In this document: piece by piece, positions 27,136 to 36,433 of the stretch
How the letters are laid out: every line of letters begins with the position of its first letter
Numbering within the stretch: the stretch's first letter is position 1
Notes under the pieces: generated by a model
Databases searched by the model: none
The model's input: the letters and a program-made list of their open reading frames with translations, nothing else
What the model was told of the DNA's origin: nothing
Assembly: GCA_035546775.1 (NCBI GenBank)
Contig: DASZWD010000017.1
Span: 30,564-94,563, forward strand
Length of the DNA: 64,000 nucleotides
Reading direction: 5' to 3'
DNA from: Acidimicrobiales bacterium
GTDB taxonomy: Bacteria > Actinomycetota > Acidimicrobiia > Acidimicrobiales > JACCXE01
Translations under genes and position numbers: made by a program

Positions 27136-27157
27136 CGGCCGATAGCCTGCGCATCCC

Positions 27158-28150
27158 GTGGATGTCGACGTGACCGAAGACCAGGAATTCTTCGCGCAGA
27201 CCACGCGCAAGTTCCTCGCTGCCGAAGCACCAATCACCACCGTGCGCGCCCTCGCAGCGAATCCCGACGGGTTCGAACGCGGCTACTGGAAGGCGGCGTG
27301 TGACCTCGGCTGGACCTCCATGCTCGCCCCCGATTCGGGCGGCAGCATGCTCGAACTCGCGATCGTCGCCGAGGAAATGGGACGCGCCGTGGCGCCCGGG
27401 CCCCTCGTGGCCTCGAATGTCGCCGTGCATGCGCTCGCGACCGGTGCCAGCGACGCGCAGCAGGCCAAGTGGTTGCCCGGTTTGCTCAGCGGTGACCTCG
27501 TGGGCGCGTGGGTCCACGAAACCGCCGGCGTCGTCGAAGCCGGTGCCCAGGCCGACGTCTTCGTGGTCACGACCGCCGACGGCGCTCGCCTTGTCGCCGC
27601 CGACGACCCCGCCGTGCACGTGACGCCGTGGGACGGGCTCGACCTGGTGCGGCGCTTCGCGCACGTCTCGATCGACGCCGACGCCGGTGAACCGCTCGGC
27701 GAGGTCGGCGATCTGTTTCCCGTCGCTCTCGTGACGCAGTGCGCCGAGACGTGTGGTGTCGTCGAGCGCGTCTTCGAGATGACCCTCGAGTACATGGACG
27801 ATCGCTTCTCCTTCGGCCGTCCGCTGTCGTCGTATCAGGCGCTGAAGCACCGTGTCGCCGACGACAAGATGCACCTCGAGGCGTGCCACGCCATCACGAC
27901 GGCAGCGGCGTACGCGTTCGCCGAGGGCGCACCCAACGCCGCCGAGTTGGCCGCGGCGGCCAAGGCGTGGATCGGCGCCATCGCCACCGAGATCATCCAG
28001 GACTGTGTGCAACTCCACGGCGGCATCGGCGTCACGTGGGAACACGACATCCACCTCTACTTGCGCCGCGCCACCGTCAACCGGGCGACGTACGGCCCAC
28101 CGGCCGAGTGGCGCGAACACCTCGCCCAGATGATCCTGGGGGCGGCATGA
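27158..28150 (+). CDS. Acyl-CoA dehydrogenase (short partner subunit)
   Basis: RFSFGRPLSSYQALKH, VQLHGGIGVTWEH. Confidence 0.92.
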   Translation: MDVDVTEDQEFFAQTTRKFLAAEAPITTVRALAANPDGFERGYWKAACDLGWTSMLAPDSGGSMLELAIVAEEMGRAVAPGPLVASNVAVHALATGASDAQQAKWLPGLLSGDLVGAWVHETAGVVEAGAQADVFVVTTADGARLVAADDPAVHVTPWDGLDLVRRFAHVSIDADAGEPLGEVGDLFPVALVTQCAETCGVVERVFEMTLEYMDDRFSFGRPLSSYQALKHRVADDKMHLEACHAITTAAAYAFAEGAPNAAELAAAAKAWIGAIATEIIQDCVQLHGGIGVTWEHDIHLYLRRATVNRATYGPPAEWREHLAQMILGAA

Positions 28151-29388
28151 CCTCGCCACGCCGCGAGACGGTCGACGAGTTCCGGGCGCGGGCGCGCGCG
28201 TGGATTCGTTCGAACCTCGAGCCGATGGACGACTTCGAGCGCGCCGACGTGCCCGGTCGCCGCGACCACGAGCGCGCCCTGCAGCGCAAGCTCTACGACG
28301 CCGGATTCGCCGGCATCTGCTTCCCCGCCGAGTACGGCGGCCTCGGGCTGCCACCGGCCTATCAGCGCGCCTTCACCGAGGAAGCCGCGGGCTACGACAT
28401 GCCGTCGTCGCTCAACGTGCCGACCTTCGGCATCCTCGCCGCCACGCTGCTCGACTTCGGCACCGACGAGCAGAAACGCCGTCACATCCCGGCGATCCTG
28501 CGGGGCGAAGAGTTGTGGGTGCAGTTCCTCAGCGAGCCCAGCGGCGGATCCGATCTCGCCGGCGTGTTGACCCGCGCCGACCGCGACGGCGACGTGTTCG
28601 TGCTCAACGGCTCGAAGATCTGGTCGAGCGGGGCGCACGAGTGCGACTACGCCATGATCCTCGCCCGCACCAACTGGGACGTGCCGAAGCACCGCGGCCT
28701 CACGATGTTCATCCTCAAGATCCATCAGCCGGGCGTGCAGGTCGAGCAGATCCGCCAGGTCGACGGGTCGATGGAGTTCTGCCAGGAGTTCTTCGACGAC
28801 GTGCACATACCCGTCGCCGACGTCGTGGGCGAGATCGACGACGGCTGGACCGTCGCCACCCGCCTCCTTACGCACGAGCGCGCTGCTGTCGGTGGCGCGT
28901 CGATCTACACCTCAGGACGCTCCGTGGGCCACGACCCCGGGTACTCGGCCACCGACAACCTCATCACCCAGCTCGTCACGTCGACGGGCCAGGCGTCGAA
29001 CGACCACGTGCGCCAGCTCGTCGCCGACGCCCATGTGCGCCAACTGGTTTCGGCGGCGCTGTCGCGCCGCATCGGGCACGGCCTCGCCAACGGCAAGCTG
29101 CCGGGACAGGCGGGCGCAATCATGAAGCTGTTCAGCGCCAACGGCGTGATCCGGCGCTCCGAGATCGGCCTCGAGATCGCCGGCGCCGCGGCGGCGGCGT
29201 GGGCTCCGGGTGAGGAACCGCCGACGCGGGCCGCCGCCGAGTTCTCACTGTGGCGGCAGTCGACGTCGCTCGGCGGTGGCAGCAACGAGATCCAGCGCAA
29301 CATCATCAGCGAGCGCGTCCTCGGCATGCCCCGCGAGTACGCGGCGGACCGCGAGATCCCCTACCGCGAGGTCAAGCGCAGCCGCTAA
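28147..29388 (+). CDS. Acyl-CoA dehydrogenase (catalytic-type subunit)
   Basis: ATGA overlap; WVQFLSEPSGGSDLA, LNGSKIWSS, LGGGSNEIQRNIISERVLG. Confidence 0.93.
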   Translation: MTSPRRETVDEFRARARAWIRSNLEPMDDFERADVPGRRDHERALQRKLYDAGFAGICFPAEYGGLGLPPAYQRAFTEEAAGYDMPSSLNVPTFGILAATLLDFGTDEQKRRHIPAILRGEELWVQFLSEPSGGSDLAGVLTRADRDGDVFVLNGSKIWSSGAHECDYAMILARTNWDVPKHRGLTMFILKIHQPGVQVEQIRQVDGSMEFCQEFFDDVHIPVADVVGEIDDGWTVATRLLTHERAAVGGASIYTSGRSVGHDPGYSATDNLITQLVTSTGQASNDHVRQLVADAHVRQLVSAALSRRIGHGLANGKLPGQAGAIMKLFSANGVIRRSEIGLEIAGAAAAAWAPGEEPPTRAAAEFSLWRQSTSLGGGSNEIQRNIISERVLGMPREYAADREIPYREVKRSR

Positions 29389-30581
29389 GTCGTGAGCAGC
29401 ACGGCGCTGCCGTGGCCGAACAACCCTTGGTTGACGGTGACGCCCGCCGTCGCCCCTTCGACTTGGTGCCCAGTCGCCGTACCGCGTAACTGCCAAGTCA
29501 CTTCGCACACCTGTGCGATCGCCTGGGCGGGGACGGCTTCACCGAAGCACGCGAGGCCTCCGCTCGGGTTGACCGGTATGCGCCCGCCGATCGTGGTGTC
29601 ACCGTCGTTGAGCAATTTCTCCGCTTCGCCTGCCTTGCACAGGCCGATGTTCTCCATCCAGTCGAGCTCGAGCGCGGTCGACAGGTCGTACACCTCGGCG
29701 AGGCTCAACTCATCCGGACCGATGCCCGCCTCCTCGTACGCGCCGGCGGCGATGGAGTCGCGGAAGGTCAACTCCGGCGGGGCGAGCGCGGCGGCCGAGT
29801 CGGTCGAGAAGTTCGGCATCTCGATGACGGTGTTCGGGAACCGCGGCGTCACCGTCGACACGGCGCGGATGCGTACGGGATTGCGGATGCCGCGTTTGCG
29901 GGCGTAATCCATCGACGTCAGCACGATGGCGGCGCCGCCGTCGGAGGTTGCGCAGATCTCGAGGAGGCGCAGCGGGTCGGCCACGATCGGACTGTTGAGA
30001 ACCTCCTCCTCGGTGACTTCCTTGCGATACCGGGCGTAGGGGTTGTTGAGGCCGTGGCGCGCGTTCTTCACCTTCACTTTGGCGAAGTCGGCTTCCGTCG
30101 CGCCGTACAGGTCCATCCGGCGGCGGGCGTAGAGCGCGAAGTACGTAGGGTTGGTCGCGCCGAGGAGACGAAAGCGCAACCAGTCGGGGTCGTCCCAGCG
30201 TTCGCCGGCGACCGGCGCGAGAAAACCCTTCGGTGTGGTGTCGGCACCGACGACGAGGGCGACGTCGCACAGGCCCGCGAGGATGCGCGAGCGCGCCGCG
30301 TCGAGCGCGGTCACGCCGGACGCGCAGGCGGCGTACGACGACGCCACGCGGGCGCCGTTCCATCCGAGCGCCTGTGTGATGGTCGAGGCGGCGACGTAGC
30401 CGGGGTAGCCGTTGCGCACCGTCTCGCCGCCAGCGACGAATTGCACGTCGGCCCAGTCGACGCCGGCGTCGTCGAGCGCCGCGAGCGCGGCGTGGATGCC
30501 GTATTCGTGGAACGGCCGGCCCCACTTGCCCCACTCGTGCATGCCCGCGCCGAGCACGGCGACGCTCTCCGGCGCACTCAC
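29385..30581 (-). CDS. Lipid-transfer/thiolase-like protein (Rv1627c-like)
   Basis: GAGMHEWGKWG, SSYAACASG, AEVYDLSTALELDW, VNPSGGLACFGEA, NQGLFGHG. GTG 30581 in a GTGA overlap. Confidence 0.9.
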   Translation of the reverse strand: MSAPESVAVLGAGMHEWGKWGRPFHEYGIHAALAALDDAGVDWADVQFVAGGETVRNGYPGYVAASTITQALGWNGARVASSYAACASGVTALDAARSRILAGLCDVALVVGADTTPKGFLAPVAGERWDDPDWLRFRLLGATNPTYFALYARRRMDLYGATEADFAKVKVKNARHGLNNPYARYRKEVTEEEVLNSPIVADPLRLLEICATSDGGAAIVLTSMDYARKRGIRNPVRIRAVSTVTPRFPNTVIEMPNFSTDSAAALAPPELTFRDSIAAGAYEEAGIGPDELSLAEVYDLSTALELDWMENIGLCKAGEAEKLLNDGDTTIGGRIPVNPSGGLACFGEAVPAQAIAQVCEVTWQLRGTATGHQVEGATAGVTVNQGLFGHGSAVLLTT

Positions 30582-31045
30582 GTCGTCACCGGCTTCGGTT
30601 CGCGTTTCGCCGCGCCGCTCACGGGCTTCCAGCGGTACATCAGGTGTTCCACGCCGTCGATCTCGTAGAGCGGTTCGACCACCAACTCGACGGGCGCGCC
30701 GACCTTGAGGTCCTGCACACCGAAGCCCTTCGCCACTTGGCCGAGGATGACGATCTGCTCGTCCGCCAGCTCCACCGCCGCGAGGGCGAAGGGCTCGTAG
30801 GGCTCGGTCGCCGGGATGTACGGCGACGGCGGTTGGTACTGCGCGTCGGTGTAACTCCACACCGTGCCGGTGCGGGCCAACTCCACGTCCTCGAAGTCGC
30901 GGCCGCGGCACGCAGGGTTGCGACAGAACCCGCTGGCTCGCGGGAAGAACACCGTGCCGCAGGTGGTGCACCGGGTGCCGACGAGGTGGGGTTCGGCGTC
31001 GGTGGTGAACCAGTCTTCGACAGCGGGTACAGACGTGGTGGGCAT
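30578..31045 (-). CDS. DUF35-type Zn-ribbon/OB-fold protein (Rv1628c-like)
   Basis: CTTC...CRNPAC, GTVWSYT, AAVELADE..VILGQV. Confidence 0.9.
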   Translation of the reverse strand: MPTTSVPAVEDWFTTDAEPHLVGTRCTTCGTVFFPRASGFCRNPACRGRDFEDVELARTGTVWSYTDAQYQPPSPYIPATEPYEPFALAAVELADEQIVILGQVAKGFGVQDLKVGAPVELVVEPLYEIDGVEHLMYRWKPVSGAAKREPKPVTT

Positions 31046-31058
31046 GGCCGCAGACTAA

Positions 31059-31073
31059 TCTGACGGAGTGTCA
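31059..31073. promoter_or_regulatory. Operator-like palindrome TCTGAC-N5-GTCA in a divergent promoter
   Basis: CTGACggagtGTCAG inverted repeat; a variant of the TCTAAC-N6-GTCA motif with one less spacer base. Confidence 0.5.
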
Positions 31074-31090
31074 GGTATGCCGAGGCGCCC

Positions 31091-32245
31091 GTGGACCTGA
31101 CCTGGTCGGAGGACGAAGAAGAATTTCGCTTCGACGTGCGAACCTGGCTGGCGAGCAACGTCGCCGCCTGGCGTGCCGAGTGTGATGGTGAGCCCGCGTC
31201 GGGTGACACACGCGACGGCTTCGCCCAGCACCTGCGGTGGGAGAGCCGACTGTTCGACGCCGGGCTGGCCGCGGTGTCGTGGCCGAAGGAGCACGGCGGG
31301 CGCGACGCGTCGCTGTGGGAGTGGCTGCTGTTCGAGGAGGAGTACTACCGCGCCGGCGGCCCGCCGCGGGTCACCCAGAACGGCATCTTTCTGCTGGCCC
31401 CGAGCGTGTTCGAATTCGGCACGCCCGCGCAGCAGACCGCGATCCTGCGGCGTATGGCCGCAGGTGAGGACCTGTGGTGCCAGGGTTGGTCCGAGCCCAA
31501 CGCCGGCAGCGACCTCGCCGGTGTTTCGTCGCGTGCCGAGCGCGTAGCTGGCGGCTGGATCCTCAACGGGCAGAAGACCTGGACGACCCGCGGTGCGTTT
31601 TGCACGCACTTGTTCGGCCTGTTCCGCACCGACCCGGAAAGCGAACGCCACAAAGGCCTGACGTATCTGCTCGTCCCGCTGGCGACACCCGGCATCACCG
31701 TGCGGGGCTTCGGTCGCTTGGACGGCGACGAAGGGTTTGCCGAAGTCTTCTTCGAAGACGCGTTCCTCGCCGACGACGCCATCGGCGGCGGCGTCGTACT
31801 CGGCGAGGTGGGCGGGGGCTGGTCCGTCGCCATGGCCACCGCCGGATCCGAGCGCGGCCTGACGCTGCGCTCCCCTGGCCGATTCCTCGCGACCGCGGAA
31901 CGGCTTGTCGCCCTGGCGCGCCAGCACGGGGATGTCACGCTCCAACGCCGCGCCGCGGTCGCGTGGATGCACGCCGACGCGTACCAGCAGCAGACGCTCG
32001 TCACCGTCACGAAGTTGGCGACCGGTGCCAAACCCGGCGCCGAAGCCAGCCTCACGAAGTTGTGGTGGAGCGAGCTCGACGTCGAGCTACACGCCATCGC
32101 CCTCGACGTGCTCGGTGCCGACGCCGAACTCGAGAACGCGTGGACCAAGGGCTGGCAATTCTCGTTGTCGGGCCCGATCTACGCCGGCACGAACGAGATC
32201 CAACGCAACATCGCGGCCGAACGGCTGCTTGGTTTGCCGCGATGA
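31091..32245 (+). CDS. fadE31: Acyl-CoA dehydrogenase, FadE31-like
   Basis: GFAQHLRWESRLFDAGL, FEEEYYRAG, ERGLTLRSPGRFLATAERL, WSELDV, GPIYAGTNEIQRN. These match the mycobacterial FadE31 pattern as I recall it. Confidence 0.8.
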   Translation: MDLTWSEDEEEFRFDVRTWLASNVAAWRAECDGEPASGDTRDGFAQHLRWESRLFDAGLAAVSWPKEHGGRDASLWEWLLFEEEYYRAGGPPRVTQNGIFLLAPSVFEFGTPAQQTAILRRMAAGEDLWCQGWSEPNAGSDLAGVSSRAERVAGGWILNGQKTWTTRGAFCTHLFGLFRTDPESERHKGLTYLLVPLATPGITVRGFGRLDGDEGFAEVFFEDAFLADDAIGGGVVLGEVGGGWSVAMATAGSERGLTLRSPGRFLATAERLVALARQHGDVTLQRRAAVAWMHADAYQQQTLVTVTKLATGAKPGAEASLTKLWWSELDVELHAIALDVLGADAELENAWTKGWQFSLSGPIYAGTNEIQRNIAAERLLGLPR

Positions 32246-32255
32246 ACCTTGCCCC

Positions 32256-33206
32256 ATGAGATTTTCTCTGGCCGAAGACCAGGTCGCGTTCCGTGACGCG
32301 GTGCGTGACCTGTTCGCCAAGGAAATGACCCCCGCCGACGTGCGCGCCGCCGCCACCGCGCCCGCCGGGCAACTCGACCGCGGCGTGTGGCGCAGCCTCG
32401 AGACCATGGGCGTGCTCGGGTTACTCGTTGCCGAAGCCGACGGTGGGCTCGGGCTCGACGAGTCCTTTCTCGTCCCGATCCTCGAAGAAGCGGGACGGGT
32501 TGCGTTGCCCCACCCCATCGTCGAGTCGGCAATGGTGGCGGCGCCATTGGTGGGCGCGGTCGGCATGGTGAGCTCAGACCTCGGCGGCGCCAACGTCGCG
32601 TGCGCGGCCGACGCCGATCGCCTGCTCCTGCACCGCGGCGCGTCGCTCGTGTTGGTCGAGCGCGGCGAGGCGTCGCTGACCCCCGTCGACACCGTCGACG
32701 CGGCCCGACGGGTGGCGCGCGTCGGCGCCGGGACATCGGGACGCGTCGTCACGTCCAAGTCGTCGGTCATCGAGCGGGCGCGCGAACGCGGCGCGCTCGG
32801 CACCGCGGCGATGCTGGTCGGCCTCGGCCAGACCATGCTCGACATGACCGTCGCCTACGTGATCGAGCGCCGCCAGTTCGGCGTTCCCGTCGGCAGCTTC
32901 CAAGCGGTCAAGCACCACCTCGCCGACGCGCGTCTGGCGCTGGAGTTCGCCCGCCCGGTCGTGTGGCGCGCCGCCTGGTCCGCCGCCCACGACGCGCCGA
33001 CCCGCAGCCGCGACGCGTCGACCGCGAAAGCGATGGCGTCGGATGCCGCCGAACTCGTCGCCCGCAAGGCGCTCCAGTGCCACGGCGCCATCGGCTACAC
33101 CGTCGAAGCCGACCTCCACCTCTTTCTCAAACGCACGTGGGCGCTGTCGCGTGCCTGGGGCGACGCCGCCCACCACGCCGACCGCGTCGCCGCGTCGTTC
33201 GGCTAA
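32256..33206 (+). CDS. fadE32: Acyl-CoA dehydrogenase partner subunit, FadE32-like
   Basis: MRFSLAEDQ, ALGTAAMLVG, RQFGVPVGSFQAVKHHLAD, LQCHGAIGYT; follows the fadE31-like gene. Confidence 0.7.
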   Translation: MRFSLAEDQVAFRDAVRDLFAKEMTPADVRAAATAPAGQLDRGVWRSLETMGVLGLLVAEADGGLGLDESFLVPILEEAGRVALPHPIVESAMVAAPLVGAVGMVSSDLGGANVACAADADRLLLHRGASLVLVERGEASLTPVDTVDAARRVARVGAGTSGRVVTSKSSVIERARERGALGTAAMLVGLGQTMLDMTVAYVIERRQFGVPVGSFQAVKHHLADARLALEFARPVVWRAAWSAAHDAPTRSRDASTAKAMASDAAELVARKALQCHGAIGYTVEADLHLFLKRTWALSRAWGDAAHHADRVAASFG

Positions 33207-33261
33207 GGGTTACTTAACGCGAAGCGGCGTGGGCCGTGCCAGGACGTCGAAGCGCAGGGCG

Positions 33262-33726
33262 CTAGAGAACCACGTTGACGACGACGCCGAGGTCGCGTTC
33301 GAGATACGCCACTTCGTTGTCGTTCAAGAACCCGGCACCCTGCACGTTGACCAGGTCGACGTGGTCCATCAGCGGTGCCGGACCCCAGTGCCACGTCCCC
33401 AGAGACAGGTTCACCCCAGCGCTGCCGTCGCAGATGAAGGCGCGGACGTGTTGCAAGTCGTCTCGCGTCGTGAAGTCGAACTCCTTCGCCGCGACCACGA
33501 GCAGCGTCGGCTTGCCCGCGAGCGCGACGAGCGCCTGGGTCGCCTTGTGGTGACGGTTGAGGTGGTCGCATACCAGCGGGTAGCGGTCGTAGGACAACAC
33601 GTTGAGCGCGAACTGCTCGCCATCGCGCAACTCCATCACCATGTCGCCGGTGTCGATGACCTGACCGAACGGCGCGAACGCCTCGCGCGTGAGCGGCTCC
33701 GCGATGACGGTGTAACTGTCGGTCAC
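33262..33726 (-). CDS. Ureidoglycolate lyase-like protein
   Basis: AEPLTREAFAPFGQVI, LNRHHKATQAL, GVNLSLGTWH. Confidence 0.78.
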   Translation of the reverse strand: MTDSYTVIAEPLTREAFAPFGQVIDTGDMVMELRDGEQFALNVLSYDRYPLVCDHLNRHHKATQALVALAGKPTLLVVAAKEFDFTTRDDLQHVRAFICDGSAGVNLSLGTWHWGPAPLMDHVDLVNVQGAGFLNDNEVAYLERDLGVVVNVVL

Positions 33727-34352
33727 GACTTGTCGAGGCCCTTGGGGTTCAGGCCGAGCAGCTCGATGGTCGTGGCGCCTTCCTTCAGCTGGCGGAACAA
33801 CTCCTGCTCGTTCTCGTAACGCGCCGTGGCCGCTTCGAGCACCGCGCTGAGTTGCGCACGCGGGATGACGACGACGCCGTCGGTGTCGCCCACGACCCAG
33901 TCGCCCGGGTTCACTTCGGCGTCGCCGACGGTGACGGCCTGGTTGATCGTGCCGCCCTGCTTCTTCTGCGCGCCGGTCAACGCGATCATCGAATTGAAGA
34001 CGGGGAACTCGAGCGCCTCGATGGCGTCGGTGTCGCGGGTACCGCCGTCGATGACGAGGCCGACAATGTCGTTGGCACCGGCGGCGGTCGTGAGGACTTC
34101 ACCCCAGTAGCCGTACTCGGGCGGGTTGGTGGCGTCGACCACGAGCACCGTGCCCACGACGATGTTCTCGGCGACCGCGACGTGGATCGCCAGGTTGTCG
34201 CCCTGGCCGCACTTGGCGGTGATGGCCGGGCCGGCGACAACCGCGCCCTTCCACGCCGGCTTGATGCGATGGTGCATGCGCAGGGCGCCGCACTCCCCCA
34301 GTGTCGCCGACCCGAGCGCTGCGAGCTCTTCGGCGGTCTCCGCGATCGTCAC
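33723..34352 (-). CDS. RraA family / HMG-CHA aldolase-like protein
   Basis: VAGPAITA, DNLAIH, WGEVLT, GLVIDGGTRD, PGDWVVGDTDGVVVIP. Confidence 0.88.
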   Translation of the reverse strand: MTIAETAEELAALGSATLGECGALRMHHRIKPAWKGAVVAGPAITAKCGQGDNLAIHVAVAENIVVGTVLVVDATNPPEYGYWGEVLTTAAGANDIVGLVIDGGTRDTDAIEALEFPVFNSMIALTGAQKKQGGTINQAVTVGDAEVNPGDWVVGDTDGVVVIPRAQLSAVLEAATARYENEQELFRQLKEGATTIELLGLNPKGLDKS

Positions 34353-34356
34353 GCGG

Positions 34357-34746
34357 TCAGTGTTCCGTGTAGTTGATCTCGCCGGCGTCGGGCGTGGCCA
34401 CGGCGAAGCAAAAACAATGGATGGGCGCGGTGTCGCTCACCGGCTTGAGTGAGTGCATCGCCATCGGCGGGATGTGCACGAGGTCACCCTGCTGGATGAT
34501 CCGCTCCTCGCCTTCGATCTCCATGATCCCGCGGCCCGACGTCACGTAATAGAACTCGTGGGTCGGATGATTGTGCGGGTCGACGTAGCCGCCGCCCGCC
34601 ACCTCGAACTCGCTCACCAGCTCGAGGTGCCCGCCCTTGGTGATCTCCATCATTTCCCGCGGCTGGATCAACCACCACACCGGCACCGTCCCGTTGTGTT
34701 CGACGATCGGTGCCACGTCTTCAATCGACCGCACGTCCATAGCCAT
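34357..34746 (-). CDS. Cupin domain protein
   Basis: PHNHPTHEFYYVTSGRG, GDLVHIPPMAMH; SD AAAGGA. Confidence 0.88.
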   Translation of the reverse strand: MAMDVRSIEDVAPIVEHNGTVPVWWLIQPREMMEITKGGHLELVSEFEVAGGGYVDPHNHPTHEFYYVTSGRGIMEIEGEERIIQQGDLVHIPPMAMHSLKPVSDTAPIHCFCFAVATPDAGEINYTEH

Positions 34747-34748
34747 AG

Positions 34749-35213
34749 TTAATCCTTTCGCAGCGCGGCGGTGAGTTCGATCTCGACGGCGCCGCCGCGG
34801 GGCAACGCCGCCACGCCGATGGCGCTGCGGGTGTGGCGGCCGGCGTCGCCGAAGACGTCGACGAGGATCTTCGACGCGCCGTCGACAACCGCCGGCTGCT
34901 GGTCGAAACCCGGGGCGCTGGCCACGTAGCCGGTCACCGAGAGAATCCGTTCGATGCGGTCCAGCGTGCCGAGCTCGTCGCGCAAGAGACACAGCGCATT
35001 GAGGGCGCACACGGCGGCGGCTTCGTAAGCGTCGTCGACCGACACCGTGTCGCCGACCACGCCGATGCAGGTCAGCTTTCCGTCGATGCGCGGCAGGGTG
35101 CCGGAAGTACGGGCGACGCCGTCCCACACGACGACGGCGTCGAGAGGATCGTGCGGCTTGTGCGGCCCGTGCAGCATGTAGCCGAGCTCCACCACCCGCG
35201 CGTCGAAACTCAG
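34749..35213 (-). CDS. RidA/YjgF family protein (probable CTG start)
   Basis: RTSGTLP, VTGYVASAPGF, VVDGAS, RHTRSAIGVAALP..AVEIE. GGAG lies 7 nt before a CTG that overlaps the upstream TGA. Confidence 0.85.
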   Translation of the reverse strand: MSFDARVVELGYMLHGPHKPHDPLDAVVVWDGVARTSGTLPRIDGKLTCIGVVGDTVSVDDAYEAAAVCALNALCLLRDELGTLDRIERILSVTGYVASAPGFDQQPAVVDGASKILVDVFGDAGRHTRSAIGVAALPRGGAVEIELTAALRKD

Positions 35214-36433
35214 AGGATCGCTCCGGATTCCTTCATGGCGGCGAGCTGCTCCCAGTCGTAGCCGACTTCGATGAGTTCCAACTCGGTGTGCTCGCCGTGT
35301 TCGGGAGCGCGCGTGACCTCGAAGGGCTTCTCGTCGAACAGCGCCGGCGACGACACCATCTGGAACGGCTCGCCGTTGACGTCGGCGGTGGGCAGGTAGC
35401 CGTTGGCGATCACCTGCGGGTCTTCGTACAGCTCGGCCAGCGTCTGGTACGGCGCCCACACGCCTTCGAAGCCGTCGAACGCCCCGCGCAGTTCCTCCAG
35501 CGTGAAGTTGCTGAAGGCGTCGTCGAGTTCCTTCTGCGCCTCGGCCGCGTGCTGCGCCCGCACACCGGCCTCGACGAAGCGCGGGTCGTCGGCCAGATCG
35601 GGTCGGCCCAGGCGCGTCACCCAGTCGGCCCAGAACCGGTCGCCCTGCAACAACATCATGGCGACGAAGCGATCGTCCTTCGTCTTGTAGACGCCGACGC
35701 CCGGGTTGCCCGGCGCGCCCCGCACCGGAGACGCCAAGCGCTCGATGCCGAACATCTTGTTCATGATCACCAGCGGCGACAGCTGCCACATCGCGGTGGC
35801 GAGCAGCGACACGTCGACGATCGACGTCTCACCGGTGCGTTCACGCTTGACGAGCGCGGCCGCGATCGCGCCGGCGGTCGCCATACCGCCCATGACGTCG
35901 CCGAACGCCGGGCCGACCTGGCCGAGCGGATAACCCTCCTGCCCCGGCGGCACGACCATGCCCATGCCGCCGCGCGCCCAGAACGACGCGCCGTCGAATC
36001 CACCCTTCTCGGCGTCGGGGCCGAGCGGACCCTGGCCCGAACCGCGGGCGATGATGATGTCGGGGTTGCGGGCGCGGATGTCGTCGGTGTCGATCTTGAG
36101 CTTGCGCCGGATCGGCGGCAGGTAGTTCGTGAGGAACACGTCGGCCGTCTCGACGAGCTTCATCAGCGCCTCGTGACCTTCGGGCTTCGAGATGTCGATG
36201 GCGATCGACTTCTTGCCGCGGTTGGGCTGCTCGATCATGAAGTTGATCGGTGCCCGCCCACCCGAACCGGGGATGAGTCCCGACGTGATCAGGCCGCGCT
36301 GCGGATCACCGGTTTCGGGGTGCTCGACCTTGAGGACGTCCGCGCCCCAGTCGACGAGGATCGCGCCACCACTCGGGATGAACATCCAGCTCGCGACTTC
36401 GATGACGCGCACACCTTCCAGAGGCAGGCTCAC
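35210..36433 (-). CDS. Family III CoA-transferase (CaiB/BaiF)
   Basis: LEGVRVIE, DVLKVEHPETGD, NRGKKSIAID, ADVFLTN, FGDVMGG, RAPEHGEH; GTGA overlap. Confidence 0.92.
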   Translation of the reverse strand: MSLPLEGVRVIEVASWMFIPSGGAILVDWGADVLKVEHPETGDPQRGLITSGLIPGSGGRAPINFMIEQPNRGKKSIAIDISKPEGHEALMKLVETADVFLTNYLPPIRRKLKIDTDDIRARNPDIIIARGSGQGPLGPDAEKGGFDGASFWARGGMGMVVPPGQEGYPLGQVGPAFGDVMGGMATAGAIAAALVKRERTGETSIVDVSLLATAMWQLSPLVIMNKMFGIERLASPVRGAPGNPGVGVYKTKDDRFVAMMLLQGDRFWADWVTRLGRPDLADDPRFVEAGVRAQHAAEAQKELDDAFSNFTLEELRGAFDGFEGVWAPYQTLAELYEDPQVIANGYLPTADVNGEPFQMVSSPALFDEKPFEVTRAPEHGEHTELELIEVGYDWEQLAAMKESGAIL

